Source: an uncultured Dehalococcoidia bacterium (GTDB lineage Bacteria; Chloroflexota; Dehalococcoidia; SZUA-161). From it: a stretch of 64,000 bases of DNA. Below, in pieces: positions 1 through 8,317 of this stretch. A model generated the notes under the pieces. It was not told where the DNA came from. It did not search any database and worked only from the letters and a program-made list of their open reading frames with translations. The translations under genes were made by a program, and so were the position numbers. Where the stretch lies: positions 69,875 through 133,874 of the forward strand of contig CAZNOI010000005.1 in assembly GCA_964574685.1 (NCBI GenBank). The letters run 5' to 3'. The number at the start of each line of letters is the position of its first letter. Position 1 is the first letter of the stretch.

Positions 1-1059
1 TAGCGTTCCACGGGGTATTCGTCCGACAGCCCCATCGCACCGTGGATCTGAATGGCCCTGGATGTCGTCCTGATAGCTGCTTCGGTAGCGTAGGCCTTGG
101 CCATTGAGGATTGCATGCGCGATTTCTGCTCCCTGTCCAGTAGGTCGAGGGCCCGATAGGAGAGGAGACGGCCGGCCTCCGTCTCGGTCACCATATCGAC
201 GAGCATCTTCTGGACAAGCTGGAAACTCCCTATCGGCTTGCCGAACTGCGTCCGTTCCTGCGCGTACTTGATGGAAGCGTCGATTGATGCCCGAGCTATG
301 CCGGTACACATCGCTCCCACCATTGCGCGGGACACATCGAAGAAGCGCATTGTCCTCTTGAACCCGGAGCCGGGGTCCAGGGCAGCCTCCGCCGGCACTG
401 GGCAGTCGTCGAAGGACAGCTCTGCTGTGGGAAAGGCCCGCAGGCCGAGCTTGTGCAACTCCCTGGCCGAGAAGGGGGACTTGTCCCTTTCTACCAGCAG
501 GAATGACATTCCCAGAGCCCCCAATTCCCTGTCGGTTGTGGCCAGGACGAAGGCCGCGTCGGCTATGCTGCCGTTGGAAATCCAGGTCTTGGTCCCGTTG
601 AGGATGAAGCCGTTGCCGTGGGGCCTGGCCAGTGTCTGGATTGCCGCGACGTCGGACCCCACATTGGGCTCCGTAATCGCGATGCAGCCTATGTAGTCGG
701 CAGAGGCGGCCCTGGGTAGCAGCCGCTCCTTCTGCTCCGGCGTGCCGGCCTCGGTCAGAAGCCACCAGAAACCGGCGGCTATGAAGAGTGTTCCTGTGAG
801 GCCTGCCCAGGCCCTTCCCAGCTCCTCCACCAGAATGCCGTTGGTCTTGCTATCGAGTCCGGAGCCTCCGTATTCCTCGGGCAGGAACCCCGTCAGGTAG
901 CCGAACGGCATGAGCTTCCGGATGAGCGCGACCGCGGTCTCCTTGTCCAGCGGCCCCTTCTTCTCCTGCTCGTCGACGAGCGGCACGATCTCCTTGTCCA
1001 GGAAGTTGCGGACATTTGACTTGAGCATCTGCTGCTCTTCTGTCAACTCGAAGTCCATG
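1..1059 (-). CDS. acyl-CoA dehydrogenase (partial; C-terminus runs off the left edge of the window)
   Basis: Start ATG at 1059..1057. The reverse-strand translation begins MDFELTEEQQMLKSNVRNFLDKEIVPL and continues to ...AIQIHGAMGLSDEYPVER at the window edge. That is the classic ACAD N-terminal helix and the C-terminal 'IQIHGG.G...EYPVER' signature. It is not in the ORF track because it is open-ended. Confidence 0.8.
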
Positions 1060-1094
1060 CTCCCTCCTGCTTGCTCAGAAACCGCTGAGCATCG

Positions 1095-2291
1095 CTACTG
1101 TCCCACGATGCAGATGCTGACTACGTTCAGCGGGGGAATGCCGCCCATGTTGTGTGTCAGGCCAAGCTTCGGGTCCTTGATCTGCCTCGGCCCCGCCTTG
1201 CCTTGAAGCTGCTTGTACATCTCGTACATCATCCTCAGTCCTGACGCCCCGATCGGGTGGCCGAAGCATTTCAGTCCACCGTCGGGCTGACACGGGATCT
1301 TGCCGTCGAGGTCGTAGAAGCCTGCCTCTATGTCGTCCTTGGCGCGTCCTCTGGGTGATATACCCAGGTCCTCATATATCGTGAGTTCGGTGATGGAGAA
1401 GCAGTCGTGCACCTCCATCATGCTCAGTTCTTCCCTCGGGTTCTTGATTCCCGCTTCACCGTAGGCGCGCTCGGCTGCCCTGACGGTGGACTCCACGTGA
1501 GCGAAGTCCCATTCGTTGCACATCATCTCCTCGCCTGAGCTTGCGGCGATCTGCAGGGACTTGACGTAGACCGGGTCAGGCCGGAACTTCGTCGCCAGCT
1601 CCGCACGGGTTACGATGGCAGCCGCCGCCCCGTCACTGACGCCGCAGCAATCGAAGAGCCCCAGCGGCCATGCCACTATCGGCGCATTGACGACCTCGTC
1701 GATTGTCACTTCCCGATGGAGATGGGCCTTCGGGTTCATCGCGCCATTGTGGTGGCTCTTGACGGTTATGTGTGCGAGTAGTCGCTTGCCGTCCTGAGGA
1801 CTGAGCCCGTACTGGGAGAAGTAGCGGGTTCCCATCATGGCGAACATACCGGGGGGCGTGTAGTTCGGGAAGGCGAACCTGAGGCCGGTGCCCACCTGCG
1901 TATCCGTCTGAGGAAGACCGCCGTATCCCGTATCCTTGAGCTTCTCCACCCCCAGAGCCAGGCAGATGTCGTATGCTCCCGACGCGACCGCGTAGCAAGC
2001 GCCTCTGAGAGCCTCCGAGCCGGTGGCGCAGAAGTTCTCGACGCGGGTTGCTGGGACGAACGGCAGCTTGAGCGTCACCGCCAGGGGTATGGCGGACTTG
2101 CCGATGGACACCTCCTCGTAGCAGGTGCCCGACCAGCAGGCGTCGATCTCCTTCTTCTCGATACCGGCGTCCTCCATGGCTTCGGCGTAGGCCTCGACCA
2201 TGAGCTTCTGGGCACTCATGTCCCAGCGCTCGCCGAACCTCGTACACCCCATTCCGATTATGGCTACTTTGTCCTTGATTCCCTCTGCCAT
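1095..2291 (-). CDS. thiolase, SCP-x / archaeal acetoacetyl-CoA thiolase type (propanoyl-CoA C-acyltransferase-like)
   Basis: 398 aa. It starts MAEGIKDKVAIIGMGCTRFGE with the active-site Cys in GMGCT. C-terminal motifs are CFGHPIGASGLRM and NMGG. This is the typical thiolase-II / SCP-x family. Confidence 0.85.
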   Translation of the reverse strand: MAEGIKDKVAIIGMGCTRFGERWDMSAQKLMVEAYAEAMEDAGIEKKEIDACWSGTCYEEVSIGKSAIPLAVTLKLPFVPATRVENFCATGSEALRGACYAVASGAYDICLALGVEKLKDTGYGGLPQTDTQVGTGLRFAFPNYTPPGMFAMMGTRYFSQYGLSPQDGKRLLAHITVKSHHNGAMNPKAHLHREVTIDEVVNAPIVAWPLGLFDCCGVSDGAAAAIVTRAELATKFRPDPVYVKSLQIAASSGEEMMCNEWDFAHVESTVRAAERAYGEAGIKNPREELSMMEVHDCFSITELTIYEDLGISPRGRAKDDIEAGFYDLDGKIPCQPDGGLKCFGHPIGASGLRMMYEMYKQLQGKAGPRQIKDPKLGLTHNMGGIPPLNVVSICIVGQ

Positions 2292-2303
2292 GTTTCCTCC
2301 AAG

Positions 2304-3761
2304 CTAGGCTGAGTCCTGGGCCCGCACGGGCGTCGCCTTCCAGAAGTAGGCGTGGATGCCCCGTTGCGCGTCGTGGTACTTGCGCCTGAAGCTCATCTCC
2401 ACAGGCATCCCGACCTCCAGGGATTCCAGCTCGCAGTCGGTTAGATCGAAGAGCCATCTGCCGCCGCCCTCGAAGTCGACTGTCCCGTAGATGGCCGGCG
2501 GGTTGGGGCTGAATGCGAGGACGTCTCCCGTGTAGGTGAACAGGTGTCCCGGCCTGTCGGAGAAGCGATAGTCCTCATAGCTGCCAATGGCGCCGCACTT
2601 CGGGTTAGCGCATATCTCCTGTGGAGGATACTGCGGGGTGCCGCACGTGCCGCATCTGGAGCCGACGAGTCCCATGATCCATCTCCGTTCTCGCCACAGG
2701 ATGGTCATCTGCGTCGGGGCTACCTCCTCACCGCGGCCGCCTGTATCAATACTCAGCACCTCCCGGAAGGTGCTGTACTTCTCATAGCTTCCGATGTCCT
2801 TCTTCGAGGCCAGATGGGCCTTCATGCCCCTTCGCCGTCGCCTCTTCTCTATCTCCGGCGTGACCTGCAGAAGAACGGCGTCGCTGCCGTTCCCGTGGCT
2901 TGCCACTATGATCCTGTCGCCCGGCTTGGCATCCTCGAGCGCCGCAACCAGCACCTGAAGGGGGTAGGCGGTGCCCGTGTGGCCTATTGTCGCGAACATG
3001 TGGTCCTGAATCTGGCCGGGTTCGAAGCCCAGCTTCTTGCCTATGTCGGCGTGGGCCCGGACATACTGACAGGGATAGGCGACCTTGGCTATGTCCTTCG
3101 GCTGAAGGTTGAGCTTGCTCATGAGGCCGGATATGGCCTCGGGAATGAACCGGCTGTAGCCCTCGTCCCTTATCCACCTGTCTTCCCAGTAGCGGTTGTA
3201 CGTGTCCGTATCGGAGCGCCAGGTGTCCACGAAGTCGTAAGAGACGGAGTAGGTGCCCTCGACGCTGGCAATCACGCTGTCGCGACCCATGAGCAAGGCG
3301 GCGGCCCCGTCCCCGAACATCTCTTCGTAATAGCCGCCCGGTTTCCCGAGCCGACAGTCGGCGGCGCAGACCACTATGCTCTCGGCGGTTCCCGAAGTCA
3401 CCGCATCGTAGGCCGAGATAAGGGCGCCGGTGCCCGCCTTCACCGACGTGGTGAAATCGCTCGTCCTTATGTTCGGAGGAAGGTCTAGCGCGGTGGCGAT
3501 CATGGTAGCGTTCTGCCGTTCTCTGTAGGGAGTGGTCGTGGTGGCGAAGAAGACACCGTCCACCTTCCCACGGTCTATGTCCCTGAGGCAGTCGGCCCCC
3601 GCCGCCGCCGCCATGGTGAGGCTGTCCTCATCGTAGTTGGCGACGCCCTTTTCCCCTGGAAGCAGCGAGGCCGGATTCAGCCACCCCAGCGCGGAGTAGA
3701 TGGTCATACGGTTGATGCGGTACAGTGGCACGTAGGCCCCGTACGAAGTGATTCCTACCAT
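2304..3761 (-). CDS. HMG-CoA synthase-like (archaeal type) fused to a C-terminal DUF35 OB-fold/zinc-ribbon domain
   Basis: 485 aa. The N-terminus MVGITSYGAYVPLYRI matches archaeal HMGCS and the FabH-like fold covers about 350 aa. The C-terminal 130 aa carry CGTCGTPQYPPQEICANPKCG (a rubredoxin-like zinc ribbon) plus an OB fold, which is DUF35. There is a 12-nt gap to the thiolase. Confidence 0.75.
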   Translation of the reverse strand: MVGITSYGAYVPLYRINRMTIYSALGWLNPASLLPGEKGVANYDEDSLTMAAAAGADCLRDIDRGKVDGVFFATTTTPYRERQNATMIATALDLPPNIRTSDFTTSVKAGTGALISAYDAVTSGTAESIVVCAADCRLGKPGGYYEEMFGDGAAALLMGRDSVIASVEGTYSVSYDFVDTWRSDTDTYNRYWEDRWIRDEGYSRFIPEAISGLMSKLNLQPKDIAKVAYPCQYVRAHADIGKKLGFEPGQIQDHMFATIGHTGTAYPLQVLVAALEDAKPGDRIIVASHGNGSDAVLLQVTPEIEKRRRRRGMKAHLASKKDIGSYEKYSTFREVLSIDTGGRGEEVAPTQMTILWRERRWIMGLVGSRCGTCGTPQYPPQEICANPKCGAIGSYEDYRFSDRPGHLFTYTGDVLAFSPNPPAIYGTVDFEGGGRWLFDLTDCELESLEVGMPVEMSFRRKYHDAQRGIHAYFWKATPVRAQDSA

Positions 3762-3824
3762 GTCGAACTCCTTCTGACAGGCAATGCGATGTAAGGCGGG
3801 CCTAGGCGGCCCGCCGCTGCCTGG

Positions 3825-5471
3825 TTAGTATCTCAGCGATGAACCGTACTTCTCCTTGAGAACGCGCTTGAGCACCTTGCCGGCTGCGTTCCGAGGAAGA
3901 GCTTCCATGAAGTCGACGGATCTGGGCTTCTTGTAGCTGCCCAGGTGCTTCTTGCAGTATTCAATGACCTCCTCGTCGGTCATTGTCTCGCCCGGCTTGC
4001 AGACAACACAGGCTTTCACCGCCTCGCCCCACTCCTCGTCGAACACGCCGATGACCGCGCATTCGAGCACCTTTGCGTTCTTGTACAGCGCCTCTTCGAT
4101 CTCCGCCGGGTAGATATTCTCTCCCCCGCTGATTATCATGTCCTTCTTGCGGTCGACGATGTAGATATAGCCTTCCTCGTCCTGGCGCACCATGTCCGTC
4201 GAGTGGAACCAGCCGCCCCGCATGGCCTCTGCGGTCGCCTCGGGTTCCTTGTAGTACTCCTTCATCACATTCGGACCACGGTAGACCGCCTCACCGACCT
4301 GCCCGAGCGGTACGTCTCGTCCGTCGTCATCCAATACACGGACCTCAATGAATGACAGCGGCTTCCCCACCGATGTCTCTCTGCCTTCGGCTTCGGAGTG
4401 CCGAAGCCCGCAGACCACGGGGCTCATCTCGGTTTGGCCGAAGACATCGAATATTCGCACGTTGGGGAAGTGCTTGACTATCTGCTGCCGGGTAGCCGTG
4501 GGGAGAATGGCCGCACCCGACACCCATACCTTGAGCGAGCTGGTGTCGTACTTGTCCAGATCGGGCAGTTGGAGGAGGAAGTTGGCCATTGCTGGTATCA
4601 GCAGGATCGCGCTAACCTCCTCGCGTTCGATGGTCTGCATGATATCGGTGGGGTCGAATACCTGAGGAGAGAGGATAACCGTAGCACCCGCGAAGAAAGC
4701 GAGCTGTGCGATCCCGAAGCCTGCGAGGTGGAATATCGGTGGCGGTACAAAGCACCTGTAGCTGGAGAGGTCTCCGATTCCCGGTTCCGACATCGCGAAC
4801 ATGCTCACGAGCATCCACATCGTGATCTCGTTCTTGTGGGTGAGCACAGCGCCTTTGGGTCGGCCGGTGGTCCCTGCGGTGTACATGATGAACAGCGGGT
4901 CGTCATCATCGACGAGTACGAGAGGTTCGTCATCCGGGTAACCGGCTATCCAGGTCTCGTAGTGCTTCATGCCTTCGATCGGCTCACCGGTGATCGATAT
5001 GTAATCCCGGACATTCACGAAGTCCTTGCGCATGGGTTCGACCATAGGTAGCAGGGGCTCGCCTACCACAAAGGCCTGCGCATCCGAATGGTTGACAATG
5101 TACACAAGCTCTTCGCCGTGCAGCCTGAAGTTCAGGGGAACAGTAACGCCGCCAATCTTGCCGAGGGCGAAGTATATCTCCAGGAACTCACTGCAGTTGA
5201 ATGACATGACAGCGACCTTGGAGCCTCTCTCGATGCCGAGGTCGAGGAAGGCCTGCGCCAGTTTGTTGACGCGGGAGTTGAATTCCCCGAAGGTCAGGCG
5301 CTGGTCACCGTATACCAGGGCTTCCTTGTCGGGGAACTTGCGAGCGTTGCGGGCGGCGACTTCGCCGAGAAGCAGCCTTCTGCCCAACTCGGACTCGATA
5401 GTATGCCTGTCGTCCATGAACCACCTCCCGGGGCGGCTGCTGGCTGAGAACGCGGGCGTCGCAGGATCCAA
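3825..5471 (-). CDS. AMP-dependent acyl-CoA synthetase/ligase
   Basis: 548 aa. AMP-binding motif YTAGTTGRPKGAVLTHKN. Overall a fatty-acid--CoA ligase architecture. Confidence 0.85.
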   Translation of the reverse strand: MDPATPAFSASSRPGRWFMDDRHTIESELGRRLLLGEVAARNARKFPDKEALVYGDQRLTFGEFNSRVNKLAQAFLDLGIERGSKVAVMSFNCSEFLEIYFALGKIGGVTVPLNFRLHGEELVYIVNHSDAQAFVVGEPLLPMVEPMRKDFVNVRDYISITGEPIEGMKHYETWIAGYPDDEPLVLVDDDDPLFIMYTAGTTGRPKGAVLTHKNEITMWMLVSMFAMSEPGIGDLSSYRCFVPPPIFHLAGFGIAQLAFFAGATVILSPQVFDPTDIMQTIEREEVSAILLIPAMANFLLQLPDLDKYDTSSLKVWVSGAAILPTATRQQIVKHFPNVRIFDVFGQTEMSPVVCGLRHSEAEGRETSVGKPLSFIEVRVLDDDGRDVPLGQVGEAVYRGPNVMKEYYKEPEATAEAMRGGWFHSTDMVRQDEEGYIYIVDRKKDMIISGGENIYPAEIEEALYKNAKVLECAVIGVFDEEWGEAVKACVVCKPGETMTDEEVIEYCKKHLGSYKKPRSVDFMEALPRNAAGKVLKRVLKEKYGSSLRY

Positions 5472-5656
5472 CTACTGATGTGCGGTCCGAATCTGTCGAC
5501 GAAGCCTCCGAGGTCTCGCGCCGCAGCGGGCGGGCTGTGGACAGGCGAGGCATACTCTGGCGGCCTTCCTCGGAGTGGCCTAATTTCTAGCACAGCGCGA
5601 GTTGGATGTCAAGGTAAGGAAGCAGCAGAAGACGCGATGAGTGCTTCGGTGAGAGA

Positions 5657-7906
5657 CTACCGGACGTCTCGGCTCAGTCTCTTCCTTGCAGCGAAGAGCA
5701 GGACCGCAAGTGGGGCCAGGCCCACGAAGGCAACCGCAGCCGATCCGAGAGGCATGCCGGCGCTCTCGGCGGTCTCACTCACGGCCACGGCGGGCAGGAG
5801 CGCGGCTCTGACTGCCGGTCTGAGTGATGGGTGTTCGTCGATGAAGTGCGCAACGGCGGGGGTCATGCTGTAGTACGTGGTGACGAAGGCGCGCCCGACC
5901 GGGTCGGCTGTCAGGCCGCGGTCGCGGTACAGGCGAAGGGCTTTGACGCTGTCGTCCAGATACGATCCGTAGGCGGATGAAGCTATGAAGCAACCGCCGC
6001 CGCCGCCACCCGATACGTAGGCCGTGGCTTCGTTCGAAGGCGGGGAGTACGTCTCCACCGGGCCAAACCCTTCATCAACATAGTTCCACGCCTTGACCCG
6101 GTAGGTGTATTCAGTGCCCACAACGATGGCGGTATCGTCGTAGCTGATGACATCGGTCCCCACGCGGCCAATCTCGTGGAAGTACCCGGCGCCCCTGTAC
6201 TTGCGTTCGATGGTGAAGCCAAGCTCGTTCTGCGAGTTGTCCACCCATGTCAGCCGTATCTGAGGTTGCGAGAGCCCCGTGGCATTCAGTCCGCTGGGTG
6301 CATCCGGCGGGCTGTCCGAGACCACAATGGCGATGGTTATGTTCGCGCCCTCGGACCAGTCTGAGAGCACGCTGGTATGGGTCGCGCACCTGGCCCTCGC
6401 TCGGACCATATACTCGCCGTCCAGGTTCCACGCATGTGAAGCGGTCCCCGTTGCGGACCAGCCCGAGTAGCTCCCGTCATCCCAATCGAGCTGATACTCG
6501 ACGGAATGCCCGAGGTTCGATTCGGCTCCACCGGTGGAGAAGCTCACCACCTCGCCTATGGAGGCTGTGTCCGGTCCTGTGGGGGCGTCCGGCGTACTGA
6601 CTGTCTCCGTCGGGAGGTCGCGTTCCGCGAAGCCTACGCGCTCCGGGTTGTTGTCCGGGTCATTGAGCATGTCCAGACCCTCCGGATCGGTCTGCGGGAC
6701 GCCGTCATCGATCATCGACTGCCTTATGAGGTAAACGTCATTCTCGTCGATTGTGCCGTCTCCCGTGAAGTCGCGAGTACCTGCCGAGGCTATGTAGAGC
6801 GCAGCAAGGCCCGACGCATGAGCCGACGCCATGCTGGTCCCGTACCTGGTGGAGTAGGTGCCGTTGCGGTCCGTTGAGTATATGCCGATGCCGGGCATCA
6901 TGAGGTCGATGGCCGCGCCGGGCGAAGTCACCGGGTTTCCTGCGACAACGCTGGTGCTGTAGTTGCTGAGCGAGGCGAACGAGTCATCAGGGCCGTGGCT
7001 GGTTGACCCGCCCAGCCCCCCCGGCTGCCCGTCGGAATCGGCCAGGGCGGAGATGGCGGCAACCTCGGGATAGGCGGCGGGCAAGAAATCGTCGCTGGTG
7101 CCGAACGTGCCGTCCGACCCGTATATGTTTGTGTAGTCGTTGCCGGCCGCGGCGAAGTAGACCACCCCGGCGGCAACGCTGTTCTGGAGCGCCTGGCGGA
7201 GCGCCGCGGACGTCCCCTGTCCCTGCAGGCTCATGTTGGCGACTTCTATCGTGTCTGCTCTTGCCGTGATCCAGTCGATCCCGGCTATGAGGTCCGACAC
7301 CATGCCGTCGCCGCTGGAGTCGAGCACGCGTACTGCCCAAAGCCGGGCGCCGGGCGCGACGCCGACGACGCCGATGTCGTTGTCGATAGCGCCTACTATG
7401 CCGGCGACGTGCGTGCCGTGACCGTGCTCGTCGTCGTACCGGTCGTCCTGAGAGCCGTTACTGTAGAAGCGTACGCCTCCAACCACGTTGAGGTCCATGT
7501 GGTCGACGTCAATCCCCGTGTCTACTACCGCGACATCGATGTCAACGCGCTCGTCGACGCCGTCGATGTCGGCGATGACATTCAATTCCGTGTCAATGCG
7601 ATCGATACCGGTGGGAAGGGTCTGGTCCGCGGCCTGCAGCTCGAAGTCCGGCTCGATGAGACGCACGCGCTTGTGGGCTCTGAGCAGTTCAAGGGTGTCC
7701 GGCGTCAACTCCGCCGAGAATCCGCGCACCGCGTGCTTGTAGACATGGGTGACGTCCTTGTTTAGCGCGTAGGCAAGGTCGCAGGCGGCGCGCAGCGAGT
7801 CGGGCTCGTTGTCCAGAATCACGATGTAGCGCTGGGCACCTGCAGGCGGCCCGGAGTCGTACTGTGCATAGGCCGACACAGCCAGGAGGAGTGTGGCCAC
7901 GAGCAC
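5657..7906 (-). CDS. secreted subtilisin-like serine protease (peptidase S8) with an FN3-like domain and a C-terminal Cys-motif/TM anchor module
   Basis: 749 aa. Signal peptide MLVATLLLAVSAYA. I9 propeptide. Catalytic D (DTGID), H (HGTHVAG) and S (GTSMASAHASG). An FN3-like segment (LTWVDNSQNELGFTIERK...YRVKAWN). The C-terminus is GGGGGGCFIASSAYGS...VAFVGLAPLAVLLFAARKRLSRDVR. Confidence 0.85.
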   Translation of the reverse strand: MLVATLLLAVSAYAQYDSGPPAGAQRYIVILDNEPDSLRAACDLAYALNKDVTHVYKHAVRGFSAELTPDTLELLRAHKRVRLIEPDFELQAADQTLPTGIDRIDTELNVIADIDGVDERVDIDVAVVDTGIDVDHMDLNVVGGVRFYSNGSQDDRYDDEHGHGTHVAGIVGAIDNDIGVVGVAPGARLWAVRVLDSSGDGMVSDLIAGIDWITARADTIEVANMSLQGQGTSAALRQALQNSVAAGVVYFAAAGNDYTNIYGSDGTFGTSDDFLPAAYPEVAAISALADSDGQPGGLGGSTSHGPDDSFASLSNYSTSVVAGNPVTSPGAAIDLMMPGIGIYSTDRNGTYSTRYGTSMASAHASGLAALYIASAGTRDFTGDGTIDENDVYLIRQSMIDDGVPQTDPEGLDMLNDPDNNPERVGFAERDLPTETVSTPDAPTGPDTASIGEVVSFSTGGAESNLGHSVEYQLDWDDGSYSGWSATGTASHAWNLDGEYMVRARARCATHTSVLSDWSEGANITIAIVVSDSPPDAPSGLNATGLSQPQIRLTWVDNSQNELGFTIERKYRGAGYFHEIGRVGTDVISYDDTAIVVGTEYTYRVKAWNYVDEGFGPVETYSPPSNEATAYVSGGGGGGCFIASSAYGSYLDDSVKALRLYRDRGLTADPVGRAFVTTYYSMTPAVAHFIDEHPSLRPAVRAALLPAVAVSETAESAGMPLGSAAVAFVGLAPLAVLLFAARKRLSRDVR

Positions 7907-8317
7907 CGCACACGCTGTCAGGGAGAGGGTCCTTGTAGTGATTACGACACCTCACCTGGGAGAAGTCACACGGAAGACAGGCGCAGTCCGGACGCGGTAC
8001 TGTGTGTCAGCATGGTAAGTAGCGAAGCCGTCACTGTCAAGGGAGAGCAGTTACTCAATCTTACCTCTTTTCGCGGCGGTAAGGCTGGCTGGAGTCTCGA
8101 CCTACCGTACTATTTTCCCATTCGCTTCGACCTGAAAGGGTCATGCTAGGCTGACGATGGTTATGGTACTGTTCCACTGGGTTAAGCTGGCTGCCGGGGT
8201 ACTATCGTCCCCGGCATGCGCCGGTTTGTCGGCACTACGGAAGGTGAGCAGCGTCGCGAGGCAGGACGCCCCGGACTCACCGGAAGGGCAGCCGTTCCGG
8301 CGGCCTAGGAATCGCAA

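Noticed and set aside
238-696. 152-aa plus-strand track ORF
   Set aside because: Antisense to the well-supported partial acyl-CoA dehydrogenase. Low-complexity, Ala/Ser/Arg-rich composition typical of high-GC antisense frames.
1633-2457. 274-aa minus-strand ORF overlapping the thiolase gene
   Set aside because: Alternate frame of the thiolase. Extremely Arg/Gly-rich with no recognisable motifs.
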